64,000 bases of DNA from a virus (taxonomy: Duplodnaviria > Caudoviricetes): positions 32,001 through 96,000 of the IMG/VR virus record IMGVR_UViG_3300025389_001023; one strand, written 5' to 3'. Below are positions 8,889 to 18,788 of this stretch, one piece after another. The position numbers and the translations under genes were made by a program. Under the pieces are notes generated by a model, which saw nothing but the letters and a program-made list of their open reading frames with translations, did not search any database and was not told the DNA's origin. Position 1 is the first letter of the stretch, and the number at the start of each line of letters is the position of its first letter.

Positions 8889-9538
8889 ATAACTTTTACC
8901 CGATTTAATTGCGTACTGTTGTCACGATATGCTTTAACAGTACCATAAATATCACGTTGTTGACCAATTGGCAATTCTTGTTTGTAAGCAAAGAACACAA
9001 CTTGGTCATCACTTGTAATACCAGTGATGTAGAATGTATTCCATTTTTGTGAGTAAACGGATTTCAATACTTCAATGGTTAGTGAAATTTTGCTACCAAT
9101 ACTATCAACGATTTTACCTGTAGCAAATGCAATACGTTGGTCTATAGTTTGACGTTTGACACCACGCTCATAGCAACTTGGAAGACTTGCAATAACTGCC
9201 AAATCATACCTGGTATCAATTGTATCTCTGTTTGCAAGTAACATTGCGGTGTTATCAAACTCACTTAATTTGATACCTTTAAGGATTTTAAAAGTCAAAC
9301 CCTGATAGAATGCACAAACCTTACGACCTTGTTCCATATCCTCTTCAGTAATTTGAGTAGGATCAACCAATAAATTTTCAACGATTTGACGATTGGATAG
9401 TTTATTTGTTTGAGGGTCACTTTCTGACAATACACTCAATTTAACATAACTACCATTGATACGCTGTGCCTGACATGCCGCACCCCAAACGGTATCAGCA
9501 ACAATATTAAGGGGTACGGGTTTTTGATATTTGGGCAT
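8885..9538 (-). CDS. Hypothetical protein with a C-terminal OB-fold-like region
   Basis: Ends GTVKAYRDNSTQLNRVK. Confidence 0.55.
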   Translation of the reverse strand: MPKYQKPVPLNIVADTVWGAACQAQRINGSYVKLSVLSESDPQTNKLSNRQIVENLLVDPTQITEEDMEQGRKVCAFYQGLTFKILKGIKLSEFDNTAMLLANRDTIDTRYDLAVIASLPSCYERGVKRQTIDQRIAFATGKIVDSIGSKISLTIEVLKSVYSQKWNTFYITGITSDDQVVFFAYKQELPIGQQRDIYGTVKAYRDNSTQLNRVKVI

Positions 9539-9633
9539 GATTACTCCTTACAGTTTACTAACAATGATAACTTTAACAAAAAAGATTGCAATAACAACCA
9601 GTGTAGTAATGATAATTTGTGTATCAGTCATGA

Positions 9634-9945
9634 TTAAACCTTTGCGTAATGCTTGTTGACATTATCCTGAATCAACTGATTGAAGCCTGCAACACTAACA
9701 GGATAACCTAGTTCCTTAAGGTGCTTTTTGATATGGGGCAAGAGATAACCTTTAGACTCAACAATTTTCAATGGGGCCTCACCACCTGCCAAACGACTGA
9801 AATATTCTTCAACTGTGAAATTTTTGCACAAGAAGGTAATGAATGTACCTTTACCAGCTTTGGCATATTTAAAACGTGCAACAAATTTACCATTGTAATT
9901 AACGTACTCAGTACCATTGAATTCAGATTTGATAAATGCAGTCAT
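9634..9945 (-). CDS. Hypothetical protein
   Basis: ORF with an AGGAG RBS. Confidence 0.65.
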   Translation of the reverse strand: MTAFIKSEFNGTEYVNYNGKFVARFKYAKAGKGTFITFLCKNFTVEEYFSRLAGGEAPLKIVESKGYLLPHIKKHLKELGYPVSVAGFNQLIQDNVNKHYAKV

Positions 9946-9955
9946 AGTTTTCTCC

Positions 9956-10273
9956 TTAAACAGTATATGTGTGACCAGTTAAAACATTCACTACCTTTGC
10001 ACCAGGACCAAATGCGGCACGCATTTCAAACAATTCCTCATCACTTGGACCTTTGTAATTTTTGCGATAAGCCTCGATTGCAATACGGTCTTCAACTTTA
10101 CGTTGTTCAACACTATTGGAATACATTTGACCGTCAATCCAACCAGCATCTTCAAAATTTTGCAACATATCTGCAAAAGGAATACGGTCATTGCTATTCC
10201 AACGAACAACAGGACCTGTTGCATCATTAGTGTAATCAATGTAAAACTCTGATTTGTATTTTGCATCTACCAT
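9956..10273 (-). CDS. Hypothetical protein
   Basis: ORF with an AGGAG RBS downstream of a consensus promoter. Confidence 0.65.
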   Translation of the reverse strand: MVDAKYKSEFYIDYTNDATGPVVRWNSNDRIPFADMLQNFEDAGWIDGQMYSNSVEQRKVEDRIAIEAYRKNYKGPSDEELFEMRAAFGPGAKVVNVLTGHTYTV

Positions 10274-10305
10274 TTGAAAGCTCCTTTAATCAACTCAATA
10301 TAAGT

Positions 10306-10334
10306 ATTATATGCCCAAAATGATTTATCGTCAA
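10306..10334 (-). promoter_or_regulatory. Sigma70-type early promoter
   Basis: TTGACG-N17-TATAAT. Confidence 0.8.
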
Positions 10335-10373
10335 CCTTTTTGTAAGTTGTTGATTTACAACGGTTTTTTTGGG

Positions 10374-11162
10374 CTATTTTAAGCTGATTTTCGCCATTTC
10401 TAGGCGGGAAAACACGTTATCTCCGAAATTCCAGCCCTCGGGCATGGAAGTTTGAAGGTCAAGTTCATGGTCTAACCGGTCTGCTTCCTCATTTGTAATC
10501 AATACTATAGCCAAATTGTTCTTAATCATTTGTGCTATTTCGGTTACACTACGTTTTTCCATTGTCATAGTAACTGCTTGATTGTAGATTAGGATACAAG
10601 GTACAATATGTTCACGGTATGTGTTTTCTTTTGTGCGATTAATACTTTCACCGATTGTGATTAAATGGTCAATACTATCACCCTCAAGTAATGCCCTTGT
10701 ATTCTCTAAACCAAATCCATCTTCGTTGTCAATAAAATACTTAAAACGTTTGGCAATCTTTTCAAATATATTACGTTCGCTTACCTCACGTGCAATAGGT
10801 TTAATTGCTTGACCACGTACCTTACGTACAATAGATTCAATTGATTCAATAATGCCAACTAATATCCAAAAAGATTCTAGTATATCACCATCAAAGTGTA
10901 CGTTGATAAAATCCTTTTGGTCTTTACGTTTTTCACTACGTTTGCCAAACTTCTCAGTAAAGCCTGCCTCAATAAATTTCTCTCGCATGACTTTAACATC
11001 TTGAGGCTTTGCTAACCATCCAATTGTATAATGATTCTTTTTAATTTCGCACTTGATTCCATTATTAGAATATAGTACAAGAACTCCGCGGTCTTCATAG
11101 ATACGTTCAGTATACCCACGTTCTTCGCAGGAGTTTTTAAATGTATTGAATGGTATTGCCAT
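10374..11162 (-). CDS. Hypothetical protein, possible His-Me-finger (HNH-like) C-terminal domain
   Basis: REHIVP motif. Confidence 0.4.
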   Translation of the reverse strand: MAIPFNTFKNSCEERGYTERIYEDRGVLVLYSNNGIKCEIKKNHYTIGWLAKPQDVKVMREKFIEAGFTEKFGKRSEKRKDQKDFINVHFDGDILESFWILVGIIESIESIVRKVRGQAIKPIAREVSERNIFEKIAKRFKYFIDNEDGFGLENTRALLEGDSIDHLITIGESINRTKENTYREHIVPCILIYNQAVTMTMEKRSVTEIAQMIKNNLAIVLITNEEADRLDHELDLQTSMPEGWNFGDNVFSRLEMAKISLK

Positions 11163-11163
11163 A

Positions 11164-12435
11164 TTAGTTAAGTGTGATTGTATGATAGCCCCAGGGTTGG
11201 CTAAAGTAAGTGTTTAACGTTTTTTGTTCTGTTAAATCATTTGAGATTTCCCAACCACAACACCAATATTTGTATACAACACCATCAGGAGTAGCAAAAC
11301 TAGAGTCTTGTAACCAAGGTTGAAATTCAGAAAAACTAGTACCAATTACTATGTTGCTCAATTGTAATCCTAAAATTTCATGGAATGCACTTATTTTTGC
11401 ACTTTTTAAGTTTCCGTTGTATGTGATATCACTCGTTGATGTAGCATTAACCAAAAAGTTTGTATACATAGAATTAAAAAAGTCCGGCGGGATATCGTTA
11501 ACACCTATGTCTGCACCCATTGATTCTTCAGTTAAAATTACTTTTTTACCATAATTATTGTAAACTGCTTTAATTTGGTCAACTTCATTTTTGCCGAAGG
11601 CATCATTGAAATACATTTTAACAATTGAAATCAAATCATTTGCAGGGGTATTAGATAATGTGCCATTCATAATGATAGAAGGGTAATCAACATAGTTCCA
11701 AATTGGTGTATCTGCACCTAGATTAGATGTGTATGAAAGTTTTCCATTGAACACCGTTCTTATTTGATTAATTAAATAAGCCCAATAGGGTAAATGACTA
11801 GCTGATTCCATATTGGATACTTGCTCCCCAACAAACAGTCCATCAACATTATGTTGTTTCGCCAATTGCGCTAAAGATACATCATAATTTGCAATATTGG
11901 TAAACAATTGTTGCTCTGTGTATTTTGTAAAATCAGGTGTAAGTAAACAGTCTGTTACACTATCAGATATACTAAGTGAAAGCCAAACAGCTAATCCCTG
12001 ACTTTTTGCATAATCAACCAACTTCCAAAGCGCCTTGGGGGGTGTTTTAGTACCTTGACTTGGATTATCATTAAATGATATATTACCTGTACTTGCATTA
12101 ATAGGTGCTTCCATTTCAAAAATAACACCACTGAATCCTACAGATTTAATTTGGTCTATAGTAGCACTAACTGCTTCATACGATGAAGTCTGCAATCCAT
12201 TGGCATTGATTGATTGGCTTGGGGTATCAAATCGATAATCTATTCTAGCTAAACGGAAGTTACCATTTAATGGTGCTGTCGTAGCAAATGTTGAGTAAAT
12301 GTTATGCGGGGTAATTTGCTCACTCGCCGAAGAAATAGTACTAGGTGTACCACCTCCCCCTCCCCCACCGCAGGCAGTAAGGACAATACTAAAAAAAGTT
12401 ACAACTAGACTGGTACGTACCATGGAGATCTCCAT
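11164..12435 (-). CDS. Lipoprotein with a glycoside-hydrolase-like TIM barrel (GH113-like)
   Basis: Lipobox LTAC with poly-Gly; LAKQHNVDGLFVGE and W..LI.QIR.VF.GKLSY motifs. Confidence 0.55.
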   Translation of the reverse strand: MEISMVRTSLVVTFFSIVLTACGGGGGGGTPSTISSASEQITPHNIYSTFATTAPLNGNFRLARIDYRFDTPSQSINANGLQTSSYEAVSATIDQIKSVGFSGVIFEMEAPINASTGNISFNDNPSQGTKTPPKALWKLVDYAKSQGLAVWLSLSISDSVTDCLLTPDFTKYTEQQLFTNIANYDVSLAQLAKQHNVDGLFVGEQVSNMESASHLPYWAYLINQIRTVFNGKLSYTSNLGADTPIWNYVDYPSIIMNGTLSNTPANDLISIVKMYFNDAFGKNEVDQIKAVYNNYGKKVILTEESMGADIGVNDIPPDFFNSMYTNFLVNATSTSDITYNGNLKSAKISAFHEILGLQLSNIVIGTSFSEFQPWLQDSSFATPDGVVYKYWCCGWEISNDLTEQKTLNTYFSQPWGYHTITLN

Positions 12436-12461
12436 AAGTGATTAAGTAAGTCTGTATTCTA

Positions 12462-13589
12462 CTACGAAAACCATTTATTGTCAACATAGGCTTCTAGCTG
12501 TAAAGTTTTGGGTACATCTTGGTACCACTCTTTGACTTCTTGATCCCCAATTAGTTTTAATTTTTCATTTGTATATTTTGTTCCCAATTTATTGGTATCT
12601 ACCCATTTATGGTATGTGTATAAACACATGTCAAAATTTTTAATAATTTTGCGTTTCTCTGCTAACGTTTGCAATTTAATAGGAACCCCTAATACCAAGG
12701 TTCCGTTGTCAACTAATTGTCTAATTGCATCACTAGCATTTTTATATTTTTTGCCATGTTCTAATAAGTACTTTTGGTCTGCTAAGGTAAGTTGTGTTTC
12801 TAATTTAGCAACCGCATGTGCAGTAGATTTAGTTTGGTCATACTCTAACATTTTTATATCTTCTACACTACCCAAATCACTTATTAATTTGTGACATTTA
12901 TTCCAATCATTCCATTCAATCGAAAAAATATCATTCCATGTTCTTTTTTCTTGATTAGGGAATATGTCTAAATTTAATATATAATTCTCAATATTTTTTA
13001 AATCTTGTTCATAGTTAAAATAACTATTAACCTCAAAATATGTTTCTACCCAATCTAAATAAATTTTATATCTATTTAAATTATTAGTTAAATTAGTTTG
13101 GTCTATAGTAATACCGTTTTTATAAATTTCATAGTATGTGTTAAATTTTTCGTAGTGACTAAAAACATTTAATTGTTTACTATGTGCTACGATAGACCAA
13201 CTAAGTGCATGTTCAAATAAATTTTCTCGTCTGCATGATATAATAAAAAAATTTTTATTAAGGTATTCATAAAAACGAAATTGGTCTGCAAGACTGTCTT
13301 TTCGTTTGTTTATATGGTAGTGTGCCAATCTTGCAGTTTTGTAGTGGTCTGCTTTGTCTAGTAAATTTACAATTTCTTCTAATGATTGATAATACGACCA
13401 ATCATTACCTGGAGGTTTCCCTAAAATTTCTCTATTGTATGTAGTATTATAATAAAGATTTATACCATTTGTTAACTCATGCAAATTGATGACTGGTCTA
13501 TCATATTGATGCCCGGCCATATATATGGTAATTAATCGTTGTAAAAGTGTGCTACCAACTCTGTCAGGTGTTAATATTAAAACATTCAT
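12462..13589 (-). CDS. Sulfotransferase-like P-loop protein
   Basis: TPDRVGSTLL motif and RRENLFEHALSW. Confidence 0.55.
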   Translation of the reverse strand: MNVLILTPDRVGSTLLQRLITIYMAGHQYDRPVINLHELTNGINLYYNTTYNREILGKPPGNDWSYYQSLEEIVNLLDKADHYKTARLAHYHINKRKDSLADQFRFYEYLNKNFFIISCRRENLFEHALSWSIVAHSKQLNVFSHYEKFNTYYEIYKNGITIDQTNLTNNLNRYKIYLDWVETYFEVNSYFNYEQDLKNIENYILNLDIFPNQEKRTWNDIFSIEWNDWNKCHKLISDLGSVEDIKMLEYDQTKSTAHAVAKLETQLTLADQKYLLEHGKKYKNASDAIRQLVDNGTLVLGVPIKLQTLAEKRKIIKNFDMCLYTYHKWVDTNKLGTKYTNEKLKLIGDQEVKEWYQDVPKTLQLEAYVDNKWFS

Positions 13590-13609
13590 TATCTATTTAG
13601 TAGCCGTGG

Positions 13610-13631
13610 AAAGAGGATCATGATCCTCTTT
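13610..13631 (-). terminator. Palindromic hairpin, probable terminator
   Basis: Perfect 22-bp palindrome aaagaggatcatgatcctcttt just after the stop at 13644. Confidence 0.5.
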
Positions 13632-13643
13632 GTTATGTAAGAA

Positions 13644-13913
13644 TTACTTCTTAGGTGTAGCTTGATTTACAAAACTGTACATTTTTTCAGCAGTTTCTAA
13701 AATTTTGTCTAGTCCTGGAAACTCTGGCATGCTAACAATACTGATAAGACGACCTGTCTTATCGTCTTTTCTTGATGTTAATTCCCAGTTAGCAAATTTG
13801 TACTGATACTCAGCAATCAACTGGCTTTGTGCAAGTGCTAAAATATCGCTACGAATTTCGTAACCGTTTTTTGTGAATTTAACTTCTGGAAGTTTTGGTG
13901 TAAATTCTGACAT
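13644..13913 (-). CDS. Hypothetical protein
   Basis: KNGYEIRSDIL...AEKMYSFV; AGGAG RBS before MSEF. Confidence 0.65.
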   Translation of the reverse strand: MSEFTPKLPEVKFTKNGYEIRSDILALAQSQLIAEYQYKFANWELTSRKDDKTGRLISIVSMPEFPGLDKILETAEKMYSFVNQATPKK

Positions 13914-13923
13914 ATTAATCTCC

Positions 13924-14187
13924 TTAAATTTGTGTGTCAATGTCTGTGTTGGCTTCTCTTACAGCTTCGGCCTTTGCTGATTCTTTCTTTGGATAGAAAA
14001 AATTGTTTACCGCCTCTACATTATATGCAGAGATGTCAATTGTATTACGAACAAGCATTTTTGCAAATGCTGTTTGGGCATCTATGTAGTTGTGACAAAC
14101 CTTATTAATTGTTTTGTCCTTATAAACTTCATCTGTTAATATTTTCTTTCCTGCTTGGAAACTGTCAATAAAAAAATCCATAAACAT
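13924..14187 (-). CDS. Phasin-like helical protein
   Basis: FIDSFQAGKK...IDAQTAFAK amphipathic helices; AGGAG RBS. Confidence 0.4.
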   Translation of the reverse strand: MFMDFFIDSFQAGKKILTDEVYKDKTINKVCHNYIDAQTAFAKMLVRNTIDISAYNVEAVNNFFYPKKESAKAEAVREANTDIDTQI

Positions 14188-14197
14188 TTTTATCTCC

Positions 14198-14755
14198 TTA
14201 TATGTATAATAACTTTGGAATCCTTTTACCAAAGTAATCTGCTACCGCTAAATTAACGTTAGTAGCCTCTTCAACATAAGTAACCAAATCAGGAGAATCC
14301 AATTCAATATCTGCCATTGTTTCCCCATGTTCACTATGTATGTTGATACCGTTTTTAATGCACAGGTGTTTAATTGCCTTATTGGTACTTAAACATACCA
14401 TGCAACCTTTAAGTTTGTTATTTACACGACACCATTGAATAGCACGTTTCATTAGTTTGTTGCCCAAACCTTGTCCCTGATATTCTTTAAGCACACTAAA
14501 TGCTAATTCCATCTCATTCTCAATTGCAATATGTGCAATTGCTATAAACTCAAGGTCTGTGTTTTCTATAGCAAAGAGTATATGCTGGTGAGTATTGGCT
14601 TCAAACTTGTCGCAAAGCTGGTCAATGATTGTGTCATTAGCTGTGTAGCCAAACCTGAGTACCTTAGATTCAGAATCTAAGGACTTAAGGTGTGTGCGAT
14701 ATTTACCATACTCATGTGGCAATACCCTGCGAACCGTCGTGTACACAATTACCAC
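14198..14755 (-). CDS. GNAT family acetyltransferase
   Basis: ELAFSVLKEYQGQGLGNKLM acetyl-CoA binding motif A. Confidence 0.85.
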   Translation of the reverse strand: MVIVYTTVRRVLPHEYGKYRTHLKSLDSESKVLRFGYTANDTIIDQLCDKFEANTHQHILFAIENTDLEFIAIAHIAIENEMELAFSVLKEYQGQGLGNKLMKRAIQWCRVNNKLKGCMVCLSTNKAIKHLCIKNGINIHSEHGETMADIELDSPDLVTYVEEATNVNLAVADYFGKRIPKLLYI

Positions 14756-14949
14756 CCCTTGTGTGCTAATCTTGCTTTACGTGCTTCTTGTAATACTTCT
14801 GAAATAAATTCAAAAAATTGTTTAATAGTTTTCATTTTATGTGTTCCTGTATGTGTGGTTAAAATCTTTTACGTATAGGTCAGCCTTTAATTGCTGTAAA
14901 CGTATGTACTGTATGAGTGCCTGCTTTAAAAATCTACGTAGTGATTTCA

Positions 14950-15096
14950 TTATCTAGACCTCTGGAAATCGTATTGACGTATCCAATAGTCTACTTCTGC
15001 AGGTGTTGTGGGATTTTTTGATATGACATAGTGTTCTATGTCTGTATGTAAAGTGGGTGAAAACCACTTATTTAATAAGTCGATAATTTGTTTCAT
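14950..15096 (-). CDS. DUF3563-like small protein
   Basis: Manual translation MKQIIDLLNKW...IEHYVISKNPTTPAEVDYWIRQYD. Confidence 0.45.
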   Translation of the reverse strand: MKQIIDLLNKWFSPTLHTDIEHYVISKNPTTPAEVDYWIRQYDFQRSR

Positions 15097-15150
15097 TTAA
15101 TTTTCCTCTGTGTGTGTTCAATTTTTACAGAATTGTAACTGATAATGTAT

Positions 15151-15888
15151 TTATCTAATATATTTAGATTCTATTAATTTATCAACAAAAATAGTTGCTG
15201 TTTTTATATCATAATGATAGGTGTCTCTAGCCCAATCTATCGGTCTATATTTAATTACAGGTGTGTTAAGTTTATCAAATTCGTTCCAAAAACGTTTAAT
15301 ATATTCAGGGTCAATAAAATCAGGGATAAAACTGTTAATTAATATTGTATTAGATTGATTACATGCATTTATACTATTTTTTATACATTGTATTGTATGC
15401 AATGCATCATCCAATGATTGTTGATCCTTAAGAAAGTGAATTCTTCTATCATAATCATCTAATACTTCTCCGTCATTCAATTGTTTTTCTCTACGATTAG
15501 CATAGCTCCATTGTACAACAATTGTTTTTGGTTTTATAATTTCTGCTATTTTTTGTATCTTGCGTGATATCCAATCATTACTGGCTCCATCCATAGACAC
15601 GTTAATTGTACGTATGTTTAATTTGTTTGATAAAACTTGGGGCCATATATGGTTATATGGTTGCCCCACACCAGCAGTAAAACTATCCCCAACACACCAA
15701 ATACATTCATCTAAGTTTTCGGGCCACTCACTATCTCTGTAACCTCTACTATTGTATTTGTAACTTATTGGATATGGATAGTTTTTAAAATTATGTTTAT
15801 GTAGGCATTTGTCAGGCGAGTCAATGCCAGTATACCGTGTTTCAGTATTAACAAAGTCTTTTAAAATAAAATCAGGAAGTATATTCAT
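15151..15888 (-). CDS. SGNH/GDSL-like protein
   Basis: YNSRGYR, GDSFTAG, GASND, RDTYH motifs. Confidence 0.65.
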   Translation of the reverse strand: MNILPDFILKDFVNTETRYTGIDSPDKCLHKHNFKNYPYPISYKYNSRGYRDSEWPENLDECIWCVGDSFTAGVGQPYNHIWPQVLSNKLNIRTINVSMDGASNDWISRKIQKIAEIIKPKTIVVQWSYANRREKQLNDGEVLDDYDRRIHFLKDQQSLDDALHTIQCIKNSINACNQSNTILINSFIPDFIDPEYIKRFWNEFDKLNTPVIKYRPIDWARDTYHYDIKTATIFVDKLIESKYIR

Positions 15889-15896
15889 AATTAAAA

Positions 15897-15918
15897 ATAG
15901 GGGAACATAGTCCCCTAT
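15897..15918 (-). terminator. Intrinsic terminator-like hairpin
   Basis: ATAGGGGA/TCCCCTAT stem followed by a T-run on the minus strand. Confidence 0.5.
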
Positions 15919-15923
15919 AATAC

Positions 15924-16208
15924 TTATGCAACGTAAGTTTTGTGATATTTTTTTAGTGCCAATGCTCTAGCTAAGAATAATCTAAATTTTGCATAATCAG
16001 ATATTTCTATTTCTTCTTCATGCACTATTTGACCATACTCATAGCTTTTTTTATTGCGACCAAAAGCTAATTCATCATCAATGATGACACAGTTATCGTC
16101 ATCATTGTTTTTACTTTTACTTACCTGTTGACGGTGCTGTAGTTGTTGCTGTAGGTTTTGATTCGTTTTTCTTATCAGTTTTGGCTGGGCTTTTGTTGGG
16201 CTTAACAT
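15924..16208 (-). CDS. Hypothetical protein (start uncertain)
   Basis: ORF overlaps the upstream gene. Confidence 0.4.
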   Translation of the reverse strand: MLSPTKAQPKLIRKTNQNLQQQLQHRQQVSKSKNNDDDNCVIIDDELAFGRNKKSYEYGQIVHEEEIEISDYAKFRLFLARALALKKYHKTYVA

Positions 16209-16389
16209 CGGCCTTTTTATCTTCTTTTTTCTTTGCTAATAACATTGGCTTGCCTGATTCTGTTTCCTTAGCGGATGCCTTGGCTTCAGTTTTTGTTTCT
16301 GCGGCTTTTGGCTCAGGCATGTTTTTTGCAGGTTGTGCAAATGCTGATACTGTTGCTAATGCGGCGATTAAGGTGATTAGTGATTTCAT
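16117..16389 (-). CDS. Secreted Lys/Ala-rich low-complexity protein
   Basis: Signal peptide ending AFA; K/A/E-rich body; AAGGA RBS. Confidence 0.6.
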   Translation of the reverse strand: MKSLITLIAALATVSAFAQPAKNMPEPKAAETKTEAKASAKETESGKPMLLAKKKEDKKADVKPNKSPAKTDKKNESKPTATTTAPSTGK

Positions 16390-16504
16390 GGTAATTTCCT
16401 TTAAGTTAAGTATGTAGAACTATTCTACATATATATACAACGCTTGCCAACTGGTTTTCGTTGACATGTATTTAATATATATATGCCCAAACGCTAAATA
16501 CACT

Positions 16505-16993
16505 ATGCAATATATATCTTATCAAGGAATTTACGACGGCACTAACTTTGAAGACGCCGGTACACCTAATCAAATTGGAAAATCATTCAATAAAGGGTTT
16601 GCCACTGTTCAAAATGTTTGGAGAATAAATGGTCAAACATTTTTAGGTGTTTTTCAACCAATTACACCTGTAGCTGATACTTTTATACAAGGACCTAGAT
16701 TTTTTCTTAACGCAATGAACGATGAAATGCGTAATTGGTTACCAACGCAACCGGCAAAATTATATCCAAATTATTTTTCATTTCCCAACGCACAAGAAAA
16801 CACTCCTGTAACCACCAGCGGTGGACAGCTTATTACTCCTGGCACAGTTGCAATTAATAATAGTAGTATTATATTCCTTCCTGAAATTCAGGATCGTGGA
16901 ATGTATAGTACAATTAAATTACGTTGTTATGGTATATGTAGCAACTATGCTAGTTTTGCTAAACGTATTCGTAGCGTTAACTATTGGTGTTAA
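16505..16993 (+). CDS. Divergent PLC-like/GDPD phosphodiesterase-fold protein
   Basis: YISYQG (cf. ISHRG) and YGICSNY (cf. GICSDY); CTAAATA upstream. Confidence 0.4.
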   Translation: MQYISYQGIYDGTNFEDAGTPNQIGKSFNKGFATVQNVWRINGQTFLGVFQPITPVADTFIQGPRFFLNAMNDEMRNWLPTQPAKLYPNYFSFPNAQENTPVTTSGGQLITPGTVAINNSSIIFLPEIQDRGMYSTIKLRCYGICSNYASFAKRIRSVNYWC

Positions 16994-17157
16994 CCACCAC
17001 GACCTGTTCTACGCACTACAGTTGGGCCACCAAAACCCTTGGTATTCATTTTTTTAATTTTACCTTCATTTGGTTTAGCATTGGGAATACTATTTTTCTT
17101 TTTAGCTTCATTGGCTAAGTTAATGAATGGGTTTTTGCTTTTCTTTTCTTCTGTCAT
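16990..17157 (-). CDS. Small basic protein
   Basis: Manual translation MTEEKKSKNPFINL...VRRTGRGG*; ATGA-coupled. Confidence 0.5.
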   Translation of the reverse strand: MTEEKKSKNPFINLANEAKKKNSIPNAKPNEGKIKKMNTKGFGGPTVVRRTGRGG

Positions 17158-17540
17158 TTTCGTACCTTTATTGAATCTAAGTAACTATGTATGTCACCGT
17201 ATAGTGTCATAACCACAGCAATTTTACTATCGTACAATCTTATGTACATGTGTTTTTTCTTGCTGTCATTAGTATTTACGCCAATGTAATATGGGCATTT
17301 GATTTTCTTACTACAGTCAAGAATAAACTTATGCCAATTATCTTGCTTGATTTCAATCGGTAATTCGTAGAATTCTATTTCAGCATGGCGAAATGCCATA
17401 TCACCCATTGGGGACAATCTTAATGTTTCGCTTGATTTGGTTAACCACCAATCCTGTATCACTTGCTGTAGTGAATGTTCCGTGGATGGTAATTGTGCTA
17501 GTACTGCTTTGGTGATGGACTCTTTAGTCTGTTCATTCAT
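17154..17540 (-). CDS. Hypothetical protein
   Basis: Coupled ORF in an operon. Confidence 0.65.
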   Translation of the reverse strand: MNEQTKESITKAVLAQLPSTEHSLQQVIQDWWLTKSSETLRLSPMGDMAFRHAEIEFYELPIEIKQDNWHKFILDCSKKIKCPYYIGVNTNDSKKKHMYIRLYDSKIAVVMTLYGDIHSYLDSIKVRK

Positions 17541-17826
17541 CTGGGTACACAGTTGTACCGTTATTTAAAAATACAACTGTAAATTTATTAGTTTTAAACT
17601 GGTTATTTAATTTTCTGCATAAATTACGTGCATGACCAGGATTACTAAAACTTGTTTTCTTATATTTAGGTGCAACTTCATTATTTAAATAATGTTGACT
17701 TTTTAGATTAATAGGTTGTCTATCATAGAACACAGCCCATATACCGCTGGCTTCTACGATTTGGTCGCATTTATATGTTTTTTTGTCTACAAGTTCAAGT
17801 AATACTTTAGGTTGGGTTCTACTCAT
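17533..17826 (-). CDS. Hypothetical protein
   Basis: YKKTSFSNPGHA motif; coupled ORF. Confidence 0.65.
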   Translation of the reverse strand: MSRTQPKVLLELVDKKTYKCDQIVEASGIWAVFYDRQPINLKSQHYLNNEVAPKYKKTSFSNPGHARNLCRKLNNQFKTNKFTVVFLNNGTTVYPDE

Positions 17827-18020
17827 TTGAATGAACCTCCGTTAACTTGAATTTGAATTATTTCTTCAGGTTTATTTTTTGTGTCGGTCTGCATATCTAC
17901 CAATAGTTTAGCCAACTCATCACGAAGACCTCTAGCTTCCGTCAATGGAATTACTACGTCTTTACCTTGTCTACTATCAACGCTGGCTACTCTATCAATA
18001 AATTTTTTAATGTTAATCAT
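17823..18020 (-). CDS. Hypothetical protein
   Basis: Coupled ORF; GATAAATA upstream. Confidence 0.6.
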   Translation of the reverse strand: MINIKKFIDRVASVDSRQGKDVVIPLTEARGLRDELAKLLVDMQTDTKNKPEEIIQIQVNGGSFK

Positions 18021-18480
18021 TGTCAGTATTTATCATGCTCAAGGCTTCGGCCTCTGTTTTATAAGGTCCCATATATGGGTATCGCTGAATGAAAATATAT
18101 TTAGGACAGAACACCAATTCTGGTTCACTACCTTGTTCCAATATATACCACCCTGCCGCAAGATAGCACTTGCTTTTTGCAGTTGGTGTGAACAAGTGTA
18201 TCTTACGCTTAATATCCACCATTGAATTAAAAACACGTTTTGGAGTAGGATATTCACTTAACGGTAGTTCTTTCTTTGATTTTATTTCAGTTGGTCTTTG
18301 AAATTCGATTTTTGTTTGTTTTTGAATAGTTGACGTATTCTTATAAAACTGTTTATTTCCGTTTAACTTTACCTCAAAGCCACTACCTTCAGCCAATACA
18401 TTACCTACCTTTTCGTTACCATCAGTAACGATCCAAAATTGATTTTTAACTACAGGCTTAGCTATTAATGTCTTTGTCAT
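18013..18480 (-). CDS. Hypothetical protein
   Basis: CPK...RYPYMGPYKT motif; GAGGA RBS. Confidence 0.65.
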   Translation of the reverse strand: MTKTLIAKPVVKNQFWIVTDGNEKVGNVLAEGSGFEVKLNGNKQFYKNTSTIQKQTKIEFQRPTEIKSKKELPLSEYPTPKRVFNSMVDIKRKIHLFTPTAKSKCYLAAGWYILEQGSEPELVFCPKYIFIQRYPYMGPYKTEAEALSMINTDND

Positions 18481-18551
18481 GTTATTTCCTCATTCTTTTG
18501 ATAGTAACAGAATATGTTATTGTTTACAAGTATTATGGTTACCAACATAAA

Positions 18552-18788
18552 TTATTTTTCTAACTGTTCCCAGGCCCAATCACTTTCCTTAAGGTATGCA
18601 ACTGGTTTAAGCCAACCATGTTTAATACATTCCTGAATAAGACTTTGGTAATTCTCAGGGCATCTATTACTAATCTCAAGTCCTGCTCTAGGGGTTAATG
18701 TAACGTTATCATGGCTCATGAACCAATCAGGATCATTTGGAGTAAGTTTTTTAATTTTAGAATTTGAATTAGAATAGGTAACTGTCAT
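18552..18788 (-). CDS. Hypothetical protein
   Basis: Coupled ORF. Confidence 0.55.
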   Translation of the reverse strand: MTVTYSNSNSKIKKLTPNDPDWFMSHDNVTLTPRAGLEISNRCPENYQSLIQECIKHGWLKPVAYLKESDWAWEQLEK

